Assembly (NCBI RefSeq): GCF_009914755.1
Contig: NC_060943.1
Reading direction: 5' to 3' (one strand)
Length of the DNA: 64,000 nucleotides
Source: the human T2T-CHM13v2.0 reference genome, Homo sapiens
Below the pieces are notes generated by a model that saw nothing but the letters and a program-made list of their open reading frames with translations, ran no database searches and was not told the origin of the DNA. Below are positions 19,363-40,254 of the stretch, piece by piece (position 1 is the stretch's first letter; each line of letters starts with the position of its first letter). The position numbers and the translations under genes are program-made.

Positions 19363-19733
19363 TCAGCAGCGCACAATGAGATCTGCCTATGTTCTGTGTC
19401 TTCACAGCCCTTCTCCTGGGACGGGCAGTACAGAACTCATTTCCTCGGCGGTGTGGGGGGACTCACGTACCCAGAAACTGCCAGGAGAGGAGAAATCCTC
19501 AACCTTCAGTCTCTTCCCAGGCAAAGGATAAAAACCAGCATTTAGGAATCATCCAGAAACTGGAGTTGGAATCCTGGCCGTGTGACTTTAAACAAAAGGC
19601 TTAAGCTCTCTGAGCCTGTTTTCTCTTCTGCAAAATGGGGGATAACGGTGCCCCTGTGTTCACCCGTCAGGCAGGTTCAACGGAGACAACACATGTAAAG
19701 TGCAGGAACATATTACATAGAAGGTGGATCCTA

Positions 19734-19862
<129 letters not shown>

Positions 19863-20299
19863 CTACTAAAAATAGAAAAAAAAAATTAGCTGGGCATGGT
19901 GGCAGGCACCTGTAATCTCAGCAACTCAGGAGGCTGAGACAGGAGAATTGCTTGAACCGGGGAGGCAGAGGTTGCAGTGAGCCAAGATTGCGCCACTGTA
20001 CTCCAGACTGGGCGACAGAGTGGTACTCTGTCTCAAATAAATAAATAAAATAAAATGATGGTCACAGAGGTCCTTTGGGCTCTTGGAGTTTCTCAGCCAC
20101 AGGGTGGAGGGAGAGGCAACTGGGAGATGGATTTCTCCAGCTCTGGAATTCTTCTAAAAATTGCTCTTTGGGGAGATGGAAATTCAGAGAGGTTAGATGT
20201 CTGGCTCAAGGACTCACAGCTTGCCAGCAGTGGGTTCAGATTTATGGCCAGGGATTAAGAGAGTCTTCTCCAGTGTTTTATGTCAAAAATCCCACATGG

Positions 20300-21990
20300 T
20301 GTCTGGACTGACTCCAGGGGAATCCCTTGGGAAGGGACTGATGTGGCCAGAGGGGTGATGGGGATGGGGAGGGGTGTCAGCCCAAAGCCCAGTCCTCCCT
20401 GAAACAGGAGCAGGGTCTGCCCAATGCAAACAGCCCCCGGCATCAGACCCTGAGTGAACCTTGGGGACAAATGCAGTAAACAGCCTCTGTTGGTGGTGAC
20501 CTGCTTTGAGTACAGGTCAGGGGGACACGCCCCACTGGAGGTGGTGGGGTTGTCCTATACAAACCCGCCCACCATTCAGGCCATTGTGTGGAGGCCTCAC
20601 AATGGTGTCCAACCACAAAGCTCTCCCTCCGTCCCCGACTGCCCGGCCTCGGTGACTCAGGGCTGGGGGACTGGGGTGCCTTCCTCACCTGCTTCTCAGG
20701 CTAGATCCGGGGCCCGAGTAGGGAAGGGCATGGGGGCAGGTGAATCACAGTCTGTCTGCATCCAGGGCACCCCCCCTCCCCGGATGGAGGAGGTGGATGG
20801 GCCTCCCCCAACCCCAACCCCTTGAGGCCCCTCGTGGCCTCCGTTTCCAGGCCAAGCTGTGAGAAACAGTCCTTCCTCCTCCTCTGAGTAAATGAACAGA
20901 CATCTGAGCACCCAGCTCATTATAGATCTCCTCTTCTGCAAGCCTCAGTTCATCTTGCACACGAGGGCTGTTTGGTGAAAAAGCCCCAACTTCCTGCCCT
21001 CGGAGGCAACCGGAGTAAAATAAGTTCTGGGTGGGTTTGGGCAGTCCTGGGTTCAGGTATGAACAATCTTGAAACTTCCCTGTAGGGAAGAGAGGCTGGC
21101 TCCCTTAAGCCCGCAACAACACACAGAAACACCAAGCTGGATGCCAGCCCTTCCCTGAGCCCAGGGTCTTTTCTCTGGGCAGTAATGTCCAGGCTAATCT
21201 CCTAAAATGACCAACAGTTCTTGAAAGACCCCTTTGGACCCAGGAACATGCCTCCCACAGCCCTCCCACGCTGCGTTTCTGCTTCCAGTCCTTCCCTCGG
21301 TATCTCCCCATCACGCAGCCCAGATACATGCAGCTCACAGGAAAGGACCCAGATACGCCTGATGGCTCCCTGCCTCCTAGTCCATGCCTACTCCGTCCCC
21401 GCTGCCGGGAACGCCCTTCTCTTTTGCTCCTAAGTGTGCCTGTAAAATTCCAACCCTGTGCAATTCAGATGCCACCCTGCAGTTTAAGACCCCCACCCCC
21501 ACCGCCGCCACCCTTACCCCATCAATGCCTCTTAGCAAAGTTCCTGCTCAGCCCTGTACCCCGACTGACTGGACGCCCCAGTCTCTCTCGCCCACCAGAT
21601 CGGAGCTCCTGGAACCCTGCGGCGGCGACTTGCTCATTTCTGTCCCTGAGAGCTGGGCACAGATACTGGGACTGGAGGTGCCGCTAAAACCCCCTCAGGG
21701 AGTGAGTGTGTGAGTGAGTCGGTGATGGAAGGAATCCTTGGGTGTTTCCACACTCATCTCGGCAGATACTCAATTCACAATACAGCGGTTTTGTGAACTC
21801 GCCCACGTCAGTCTGGTAAATGCAGATTCATTGGGTCGGGCTGGAGGAGGCATTTACAGAAAAGCAAAAGCAAAAGCAAAAGACCTCCTGGCTGTCCCTG
21901 CTGGGGCTTAGGAAGCACAAATCACCTGTCATACCAGCCTCTCTCCTATAGGAATCCGTCCAGCTCCTCAGTGAGCCCCAGCCCAGTCCC
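20300..21990. promoter_or_regulatory. Repeat-free proximal intron-1 block, candidate enhancer
   Basis: About 1.7 kb without Alus in an otherwise Alu-saturated region. AP-1 TGACTCA (20653-20659), RUNX AACCACA (20611-20617), CCACGTCA (21803-21810). Confidence 0.4.
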
Positions 21991-21996
21991 ACTTAC

Positions 21997-22084
21997 CTGG
22001 CCAGCAGGTGAGGAGGAGGCTCACGGCCAGCGCTAGCAGGGGCCTGCGTCGGTGCCCTGGGTGTGCAGGGCCCTCCCGGCCCAT
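21997..22084 (-). CDS. MUC16: First coding exon encoding an N-terminal signal peptide (MGREGPAHPGHRRRPLLALAVSLLLTCWP + phase-1 G); likely the extended MUC16 N-terminus
   Basis: Minus-strand ATG at 22084 in a strong Kozak context (GGCAGTAGGATGG: -3 A, +4 G). 88 nt = 29 codons + 1 nt, ending at a consensus donor CAG|GTAAGT (plus-strand acttac, 21991-21996). Basic n-region (RRR) followed by hydrophobic h-region (LLALAVSLLLTCW). The MUC16 assignment rests on recall of the peptide and of neighbouring loci; not verified by search. Confidence 0.82.
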
Positions 22085-22950
22085 CCTACTGCCTGCCCAG
22101 GCTGTGCTCCTCACCCCCCGAGAGAGTCCCTGAGACTGAACCCAGCCCAGTCTGGCCCCGGCTGCAGGGAGGGTGGTGAGGACACACCTTGCTGAGCTTC
22201 TCAAGAGGGGCAGGGCTTGCCCTAGAGGGAAGCAGTGGGTGCCTTCCTGGCAAAGGTCAGCTGGCATGATTCAGTGCACTCAGTGACTGACACCTGCAGG
22301 CTGATACCTTCCGAGAGCAGCGGCCCGAGGGAGCCCCCACCGCGGACAGAGCCTGACTCCAGAGTCTGTTGCCAAACTGGGGGTCCCTCTGGGCTTGAAG
22401 GAAAACAGGGACCCAGGCATAGACCTGTCCCGTTCTCCAAAGTCCCCAGGTTCTACCTGACCCCCTCCTGCGCAGGGACTGGCACCGCCAGACTGGAGCT
22501 GGGTGGACCCTCCTTGGGGGAGGCACAGCTGCCTCTGGAGGGTTTTGGAATGTTCAGGAGTGTACGCGAGGCTGCATTCCCACATAGGAACTCCCTGGCT
22601 GCCAGGGGAGCTGAGGGCCGGCCTTCTCGTACCCTTCCAAAGCCCCACAGAGCCACACCCGCTATACTCCTGCCGCGCTCTGAGTCCTACAAAACCACCT
22701 CGGGGCTGCAGTCCCTCACTCCCCGGTCAAGCTCTTCAGCTGCCCTTGACAGCAGCAGAGAGGCAAGGAAGGGGCTGGTGTGGGGTACAGGGAGGGGATT
22801 GGGGGTTCTTCCTCCTCCTCACCAGCCCTGCAATCTCCACCAGCTTCTTCTCACCCCAGGCCTGGGTGATGACAATAGTCATTTCAGAAGTAGGCTCTTC
22901 CCCCTCAAATCGGCCCAGCACAGATTGCAGGGTGATGTTTTTTAAGTACC
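22085..22950 (-). promoter_or_regulatory. Putative 5'UTR/TATA-less promoter upstream of the signal-peptide exon
   Basis: Repeat-free GC-rich block immediately upstream of the ATG. GC/KLF-like box GAGGGGCAGGG (~22205-22215); TEAD/MCAT motifs TGGAATGT (22546-22553) and CATTCC (22575-22580); no obvious TATA box. The exact TSS cannot be determined from sequence. Confidence 0.6.
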
Positions 22951-23092
22951 ATGCCCCTCAAGACACCCCCCTGCTGTCCCCCTTTGTCCAGGCACTCAAG
23001 AGACCCCCCACCCCTCTAGCCTCTAACAGTCAGAGGAAGTGGGTTTATCATCACCCATATCACCCATCTTTTTTTTTTTTTTTTTGAGATAG

Positions 23093-23386
<294 letters not shown>

Positions 23387-24069
23387 TAAGGAGACACCTG
23401 CAGGTGCCCAGTGTGAAGGAGGCAGGCAGTGGATTTGGACCTCAGCGTGCCAGACACCCCCACAGGGCCAACCACTTCTCCTGGGTCTTGTACCTGGAGC
23501 CAAACTCCATGGCCCTGTGGCTGGGCTCATGGCCCAGGGAAGTCTGTCAGCAACCCCTGGGGGCTTATGCTCTGTTCAATTTCCTATTAACCGTTTCTCT
23601 TCTCTCCTTGCTCTGTAGCCCTTCCTCTCAGCATAGACATACCTTGAGCCCCAGGAAACACCCTGGGCAGGCAATCTGGCCAAAACAGATAAATGAACAA
23701 GTACAGGTGATCAAGCTGGAAATGAGAGGTAGGTGGGAGATGCCAAACCCAGACTGGGAGGGGGCAGGGAATCAGGGAAGTCTTCCTGGAGGAGGTGGCA
23801 CGTGCATCAAGATGGAAAGATAGGCTGGAGTCCTCCAGACCAGGGGAGATGGAGAGAAGGGAAGGGAAGGGAGTTTCCCAAGGAGGAGACAGTGGCTGGA
23901 AGCAACAGAAAGGAAAGCTGGAAGGGGAAAGTTGAGCCTAAGTTTTGTCCAAACTCCCACCCTAGTTCTCTCTCAAGGTACCCGTCCCTCACTTAAGAAA
24001 AATCATCGCAGAGAAACAGAAGGCAAGCCAGTGAGTTTTCTGGGCAATCACTGTATTCAATTTCGCCTA

Positions 24070-24498
<429 letters not shown>

Positions 24499-24601
24499 CT
24501 AGCACACAGCAGCAAGTATCCCTAAGCACCATAGTACATCATGCCTTAGGTCCAGGGGTCGCCCATTCTTATAAGGAGCGCATCTGGGAAAATGGGTTTA
24601 G

Positions 24602-24988
<387 letters not shown>

Positions 24989-24999
24989 TGAATAACCCA

Positions 25000-26530
<1,531 letters not shown>

Positions 26531-26791
26531 AAAAAGGAACTGGGGGAGAAGTGTACAGATTTCTGGGTGCTCTCTTCTCAAAGGTCTGCCTGCCCCTCTG
26601 TGGGAAAATGGAGAGGACCACAGCAGAATCAAAGACGAAGCAAGGCAACCTCTGTCTCCTGCTATCCCCAGACTGACCCAGCCTGAGCCAGCTTTGCTTA
26701 TGTGATAACATCGCTAGGGGCAAAGAAGAGACGTCAGGGCTGGGTGGTGCTGGCCGAGTGAGACAGAGGGCTGAGGGACGCTGCTGAGTAG

Positions 26792-27328
<537 letters not shown>

Positions 27329-27549
27329 TAGGAGAACAGACCAGCCTGGATTGTCAGGCTTAGAAGTCACAGGGGACACTGGGCATGGTGGCTTATGCCT
27401 GTAATCCCAGCACCTTGGGAAGCCGAGCCTAGAGGATTGCTTGAGCCCAAGAGTTTGAGACCAGCCTGGGCAACATAATGAGACTCCATATCTACAAAAA
27501 ATAAAATACAAAAATTAGCCACGCATGGTGGTGCTCACCTGTAGTCTCA

Positions 27550-27900
<351 letters not shown>

Positions 27901-28287
27901 CTAAAAGTGTTTACCGAGAACTTAGTGTTTCCCAGGCATCCATCCGCGAAACCAGAAGAAAGGACACTGACATTAAATCACAGCATCCACAAATGACGTG
28001 AGTTCAATATTTTCTCTGAGCCACGCCCTTCCCAGAAGTGAATGGCTCTTCATTCTCGAGGTTTCTCTGTGAAGTGGTGCGTTTCATTGACCCATTTTAC
28101 AGTGGTGGAAACTGAGGCACAAAGAAATTACATAACTCACACAAGATTGCACAGCTGGGCCCTGTATGTTTCCATTTGCAATGTGTTCAAGGACAGGCAA
28201 GAGGAATTGAGGGGAAAGAAGCCAAAAGAGTGTTCTGAGGTGGAGCGTGATGTCTCATGCCTGTAATCCCAGCACTTTGGAAGGCTA

Positions 28288-29142
<855 letters not shown>

Positions 29143-29543
29143 TTCTAGAAAAAATGGGCCGCAGGTGGCTTATGTCTGTAATCCCAGGACTTTGGGAGGC
29201 TGAGGCAAGAGGATCACTTGAGCTCAGGAGTTCGAGACCAGCCTGGGCAACATAGTGAGATGGCCCCACTAAAAATAATAAAAAAAAAAATTAGCCAGGA
29301 GTGGTGGTGCACATCTGTCGTGCCAGCTACCCTGGAGGCTGAGACATGAGGACTGCTTGAGCCCAGGAGGTTGAGGCTGAAGTAAGCCATGACTGCCTCA
29401 CTGTACTCCAGCCTGGGTGCTAGTATGAGACTCCGTTTCAAAAAATAAAATTAAAATTAAAAAAAACAATAGAGGAAGGGAACATTTTACATCGTGGTGT
29501 GCAATGGTTACACATATGTAAAAATTCATTGACACGCACTTAA

Positions 29544-29720
<177 letters not shown>

Positions 29721-29759
29721 TGAGTAGCTGGGATTACAAGCGTGCGCCACTATGCCTGG

Positions 29760-29794
<35 letters not shown>

Positions 29795-29919
29795 AGTAGA
29801 GATGGGGTTTCACCACGTTGGCCAGGCTGGTCTTGAACTCCTGACCTTAAGTGATCCACCCGACTCAGCCTCCCAGAGTGCTGGGATTACAGGCGTGAGC
29901 CACAGTGCTCGACCCCTTC

Positions 29920-30540
29920 TAAGTAATGACTCGGCCCACTGCCTCACCTCTGTTCATGCCCTCATCCTCTCTCTCTGCCTGCCTTCCCGAAATAGCTTCT
30001 TTACTCATATTCATCTTCTACCACCAGCTCCACCCTCCTCCAGTTCCCCTCCGCCCGCCCAGCCAACAGAGTGACCTTTCAAAAATGCAACACCGGCCAT
30101 GCCCCGCCCCGGTCCGAATTCTTCAGTGCCTTCTCACCGCCCTCGGGACCAAGTCCAAACGCTGCAGCCTGGCGTTGAAGGCCCACCTTGAGCCGGGACC
30201 CGGCCTGCATTGGACTAACGTATGACTTCGCTTCTCACCCCGAAGCCTTTGCCTCGGCCGTTCCCTGTGCCGGAATTACCCTCCTTCCCTTTACCTGATT
30301 CTGTGTCCCCTAATTCTCTCCAGGCCTCCCCTACCTCCCTCCCCAGACAGAAAGCAGAGCTCCCCGCCCTGTTCCCAAAGCACCTTGTAACTTCCTTGTA
30401 AAATCGTTTGACCACAGGATCGCGTATCTGTGTTTTCATCTCTTATAACTCTCTCTAGTGTGTGAATATGAAGAGGGTACCTGACTATGATAGGTGTGTC
30501 ACACAGACAAAAAAAAAAAAGTTTGTTGAATGATTTATTC
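29920..30540 (+). mobile_element. L2 3' fragment, unusually CpG-rich
   Basis: cagccaacagagtgacctttcaaaaatgcaa...aagtccaaac...gaaggccc...gcctttgc...gttccctgtgccggaat...tttgttgaatga follows the L2 3' consensus pattern. Confidence 0.7.
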
Positions 30541-30656
30541 ATATATTGACCATTCACCAGGGACCAAGCGCTGGGGATAAAGAGAAGGAACAAGGCCGGG
30601 CGCAGTGGCTCACGCCTGTAATCCCAACACTTTGGGCGGCCAAGGGGAGCAGATCA

Positions 30657-31046
<390 letters not shown>

Positions 31047-31050
31047 TTAG

Positions 31051-32097
<1,047 letters not shown>

Positions 32098-32322
32098 CTA
32101 GAGGATCTCTTTGAGGCCAGGAGTTCAAGACCAGACTGGGTAGCATCGTGAGACCCCATCTCTAAACAAATAAAAAACTTAGCCAGGTGTGGTGGCACCA
32201 GCCTGAAGTCCTAGCTATTTGGGAGGCTGAGACAGGAGAATTATTTGAGCCCAGGAGTTCAAGACCAGCCTGGGCAACATAGTGAGATCCTGTCTCTACA
32301 AAATAAAAAAATAAAAAATTTA

Positions 32323-32607
<285 letters not shown>

Positions 32608-32739
32608 TCACTGCAACCTCCAGCTCCTGGGTTCAAGCTATTCTCCTGCCTCAGCCTCACTCCACTTCCCAGGTATGACAACCAGAATGTCTCCAGATAT
32701 TGCCAACTGTCCCCTGGGGGCAAAATCTCTCCTAATTGA

Positions 32740-32952
<213 letters not shown>

Positions 32953-33699
32953 TAGTAGAGACAGGGTTTCACCATGTTGGCCAGGCTGGTCTCAAACTCC
33001 TGACCTCAGGTGGTCTGCCCTCTTCGGCCTCCCAAAGTGCTGGGATTACAAGCATGAGCCGCTGTGCCCGGCCAAAAGAGTCTAGACTAAAGAAAAGTCC
33101 GGTTATCAAGAAGAGACATGACTTCAAGTATAGTCCGGTGGCTAAAAGCTATGGCTCTCAGAACAGTTTATTGAGCACTTAAGATGTGTGGATTTTCGTG
33201 AGTATAAATTATACCTCCATATAAAGGGAAAAATAGAGGAGGATAGTATTCTATATCTTTCTGTGGTGATGCTGATGTTCTATATCTTAGTAGGGATTTG
33301 GGTTAGACAGATGTTTGCATTTGTCCAAACTTAGCCAACGTACACTTGAGGTCTGTGCATTTAATTGAGTATAAACTTGACCTCAAAAGATAAAATTCTA
33401 TACGTGAATACTGACCTCTAGTTAATGCTCTGCGTGAAGAACTTTTTGTTTACTTTTATATTTATTTATTTATTTACTTTTAGAGACAAGGTCTTGCTAT
33501 GTTGCCCAGTCTGTGGCGTGCAGTGGCACAATCATAGTTCACTGCACCCTTGACCTCCTGGGCTCAAGCAATCCTCCCATCTCAGCCTCCTAAGTAGCTG
33601 GGACTACAAGCATGCACTACCACGCCCAGCTAATTTTTTACTTTTTTGTAGAAATAAGGTCTCGCTCCATTGCCCAGCCTAATCTGGAACTACTCTCCT

Positions 33700-33932
33700 C
33701 CTGCTTCACCGCCGCCGCCTCTTCCTCCTCCTCCTTCTCCTTCTTCTCCTTCTTCTTCTCCTTCTCCTCTTCCTTCTTTTCTTTCTTCTTTCTTTCTCTT
33801 TCTTTCTTCTTTCTTTCTTTCTGTCTCTCTCTTTCTTTTTCTTTCTTTCTTTCTCTCTTTCTCTTTCTGAAACCTCTTCCTCTTCTTCCTTCTTCCTTCC
33901 TTCCTTGTCCTCCTCCTTCTTCTTTCTTCTTT
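33700..33932. repeat. CT-rich polypyrimidine tract (similar tract at 58503-58715)
   Basis: (CTT)n/(CTTT)n/(CCTT)n units. Confidence 0.92.
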
Positions 33933-35078
33933 TGTGAGACAGGGTCTCACTCTGTCACCCGGGCTCTGAGTGCAGTGACACAATCATAGTTCACTGCATC
34001 CTTGACCTCCTGGGCTCAAGTGATCCTCCCACCTTGACCCCCACCCAAAGTGCTGGGATTACAGGCATGAGCCACTGCACCTGGCCTGCAAAATTATTTC
34101 TATGTTTGAATTTTTTATGATAAGATTTTGGGGGAAATCCCTTGCATTTTTGCATGTTACTGCATACAAATTCTAATTTCACCTTCAAAAGGGGGAAAAT
34201 AAGAGTATACATGGCTTTGAAGTCAGATTCACCTGAGTTCAAATCCCCAAAGGGCTTCACTTCTCACATGGCTATGCCCTTCCTTCTTCTGACCTGCTTT
34301 CTGTCCCATCAACCTGGGCTAATGATTTATTGAGGTGGGGTTTTAAGCACAAGCTAGGGAACCAGACACACTGGGTTTAAATCAAAGACCATTATTCTAA
34401 GTGAATTAATGCAAAACAGAAGACCAAATACCACGTGTTTTCACCTCTAAGGAGCTAAACACTGAGTACACACAGACATAAAGATGGGAATGATAGGCCG
34501 GGCGCAGTGGCTCACACCTGTAATCCCAGCACTTTGGGAGGCCAAGGCCAGTGGATCACAAAGTCAGGAGTTTGAGACCAGCCTGGCCAACATGGTGAAA
34601 CACCGTCTCTACTAAAAATACAAAACTTAGCTGGTTGTGGTGGCGGGTGCCTGTAATCCCAGCTACTCAGGAGGCTGAGGCAGGAGAATTGCTTGAACTC
34701 GGGAGGTGGAGCTTGCAGTGAGCCGAGATCGCACACTGCACTCCAGCCTGGGTGACAGAGGAGACTCCGTCTCAAAAAAAAAAAAGAAAAGAAAGAAAAA
34801 AAAATGACAACTCCACCAGTTCCCAGGTGTGCCGTCTTGGGCAGTGACTTCAGTGTTTTGTGCATTTGAAATGGGTAATGACAGCACCTACTTTGCAGCA
34901 TTGCTGTGAGGCTGAAATGAGGACTCCCGGTGCCCTTCCAGCAAAGCTGGTGAAGTGGCATCAAGCATGTTTATCTGTGAGAGGGTGCGAGACACCTGCA
35001 GTCACCCTGGGGGAGACTTTGAGAGACTTCAGAAAAGCAGGAGTGGGGCAGGGCCAAGGAAATATTTTCTTGCAATTA

Positions 35079-35273
<195 letters not shown>

Positions 35274-35364
35274 CTACAGAAAGTTAAAAAATTAGCCGGG
35301 CGGCCGGGTGCGGTGGCTCACACCTGTAATTTCAGCACTTTGGGAGGCCAAGGTGGATGGATCA

Positions 35365-35637
<273 letters not shown>

Positions 35638-35967
35638 TCATGAGGCTGAGGTGGGAAGATTGTTTGAGCCTAAGAGTTCAAGGCTGCAGTGAGCCATTAC
35701 CATGCCTCACTTCAGCCCGGGTGACGGGGCAAGATCTTGTCCAAAAATAATTTTTCTTTTTAAAAAGCACACCTGCTCTTTCCTGATTGTAAATCTTAAA
35801 AGCAGGATTAAGATGCCCGCCAGGACTTGCTGTGGGGTCTCCAGCCCTCAGCTCAATCCCCTATTATACTTATTAAGTCCATCTCTCCATATTTACTGAA
35901 TTATGTAAAGGGTAGAGGCAAAGATAATTATGGTCTCAAGTATGGGTGACTCTGAAGCCAGAAGCCC

Positions 35968-37027
35968 CATGGTTTGAATTGTGTCCCCCTGAAAAATAGA
36001 CGTTGATGTCCTAATGCCCAGTACCTCTCAGAATGTGACCTTATTTAGAAATATTGGAAACGAGGCTACCAGGGTGGGCTCTAATCCAATAGGACTGGTG
36101 TCCCCTTAAAAAGGGGAAATTTGAGGCCGGGTGTGGTGGCTCCCGCCTGTAATCCCAGCACTTTAGGAGGCCGAGGTGGGTGGATCACGAGGTCAGGAGT
36201 TAGAGACCAGCCTGGCCAACATGGTGAAACCCCATATCTACTAAAAATACAAAAATTAGCCAGGCGTGGTGGTACGTGCCTATAGTCCCAGCTACTTGGG
36301 GAGGGGGCTGAGGCAGGAGAATCGCTTGAACCCGGGAGGCGGAGGTTGCAGTGAGCCAAGACCATGCCATTGCACTCCAGCCTGGGTGACAGAGTGAGAC
36401 TCCATCTCAAAAAAAAAAAAAGGCTGGGGAGGAAATTTGGGCACCAAGACAGACATACACAGAGATAAGCCCATATGAAGATGACGGCAAAGATTGGAGT
36501 GAGGTATCCACAAGCCAAGGAAACTTGAAGATTGTCAGCAAATAAGGCCGGGCGTGGTGGATCACACCTGTAATCTCAGCATTTTGGGAGGCCGAGGTGG
36601 GAGGATGGCTCGAGGCCAGGAGGCCAGCCTGGCTGACATGGCAATACCCCATCTCTACTAAAAATACAAAAATTAGCTGGGCATCGTGGTGGGCACCTGC
36701 AATTCCACCTACTGAGGAGGCTGAGGCAGGAGAATCATTGAACCTGGGAGGCAGAGGTTGCAGTGAGCCAAGATCGCTCCACTGCACTCCAGCTGGGCAA
36801 CAGAGTGAGATTCTGTCTCAAAAAAAAAAATAAAGTTAGCAAACAACCAGACGCTGGGAGAGAGACATAGGACAGATCCTTCCCTCCACAGCCCCAGAAG
36901 GAACCAACCCTGTCCACACCTTGATCCCGGACTTCTGGCTTCCAGAACAGTGAGACACTAAATTTCTGTTGTTGAAGTCACCTAGTCTGTGGTACTTTGT
37001 CACTGCAGCCCTAGGAAATTAAAACAC
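35968..37027 (+). mobile_element. MaLR (MLT1-type) LTR split by Alus
   Basis: tggtttgaattgtgtcccc...cagaatgtgaccttattt...ggacttctggcttccagaacagtgagac...aatttctgttgttgaagtcacctagtctgtggtactttgtcactgcagccctaggaaattaaaaca. Confidence 0.85.
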
Positions 37028-37625
37028 GCTGTAAATAGCAGTAAAGGAGCTGGTAGTGGGGCGGGAGAAGAGGGGGCAATGACTCAGTTCACACTGTCAG
37101 ATTTTTGCCAGGGGCTGACAGGTACCAGGGAAAGTGTCAGGTATGAGGACGTGACAGTGACTGAGGGTTACAGCCCCTGCCCCCAGGGGGCTCAGAGTGA
37201 CATTGCCGAGGTGGGTGATGAATAAGAAATAGGTCCATGCCCCTTAGGTGACAACAGTGGGTTGGACCCACAAGGAGGGAGTTGACTCTAATCTGGGGCT
37301 CCATGCAACCTGAGGTTGGATGCCTAAAAGATGGGTAGTGTTGGCCAGGTGCAGTGGCTCATGCCTGTAATCTCAGCACTTTGGGAGGCCAAGGAGAGGA
37401 CATCACTTGAGCTCAGGAGTTTGAGACCAGCCTGGCCAACACGGTGAAACTCCGTCTCTACTAAAAATACAAAAATTAGCCAGGCGTGGTGGCGCGTGCC
37501 TGTAATCCCAGCTACTCAGAAGGCTGAGGCAGGAGAATCACTTGAGCCCAGGAGGTGAAGCTTGCAGTGAGCTGAGGTCTCGCCACTGCACTCCTGCCTG
37601 GGCAACAGAGCAAGACTCTGTCTCA

Positions 37626-37922
<297 letters not shown>

Positions 37923-37964
37923 TCAAAAAAAATAAATACATAAAAATAAGAAATAAAGAAATAA

Positions 37965-38976
<1,012 letters not shown>

Positions 38977-39635
38977 AATGCCACACACCAACTGACTCAT
39001 GTCCACTTCATTGACTTCCCTGTTTTTGTGGAGGATGGAGGCCTTCACTTTTCCAAATAAATTTTTTTTATTTTTACTTATTATTATTATTATTTTGAGA
39101 TGGAGTCTCGCACTGTCACCCGGGCTAGAACGCACGGGCGCAATCTCGGCTCACTGCAACCTCCGCCTCCTAGGTTCAAGTGATTCTCTTGCCTCAGCCT
39201 CCTGAGTAGCTGGGATTACAGGTGTGTGCCAACACACCTGGCTAATTTTTGTATTTTTAGTAGAGATGGGGTTTCACCACGTTGGCCAGGCTGGTCTCGA
39301 ACTCCTTACCTCATGATCCACCCACCTCAGCCTCTCAAAGTGCTGCGATTACAGGCGTGAGTCACCGTGCCCGGCCTTCTTTTTTTTTTCAATTGTTTTT
39401 TCTTTTATAGAGGTGAGGTCTTGCTGTGTTGGCCAGGCTGGTCTTGAACTCTTGGCCTCAAGCAATCCTCCCACCTCGGCCTCCCAAAGTGTAGGATTAC
39501 AGGCGTGCACCACTGCGCCCGAACTCCAAATGAATTTTTGTTGCTTATGTGAAGTCACTTCAAAGAGGCTCTTATTGACCTCTGCAGAATCAAAGAAGTT
39601 GGACTTTTCTGTTTGGATTTCATAATAGTAAGTGA

Positions 39636-39833
<198 letters not shown>

Positions 39834-39970
39834 TGAAGAGATGGAGTTTTGCCATGTTGGCTAGGCTGGTCTCCAACTCCTGGGCTGAAGCAAATCCTCC
39901 TGCCTCGCCCTCCTGAAGTGCTGGGATTATGGGTGTGAGCCACCACACTCCACCTGGACTTCTTAACTAA

Positions 39971-40254
<284 letters not shown>

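Noticed and set aside
21968-22267. 99-aa ORF treated as a single-exon gene
   Set aside because: Better explained as an exon with the Kozak ATG at 22084 and a consensus donor at 21996. The upstream in-frame ATG at 22267 may lie before the TSS.
22235-22945. 236-aa plus-strand ORF over the promoter
   Set aside because: Non-ATG start, GC-rich sequence with few stops, no recognisable domain, and antisense to the supported gene.
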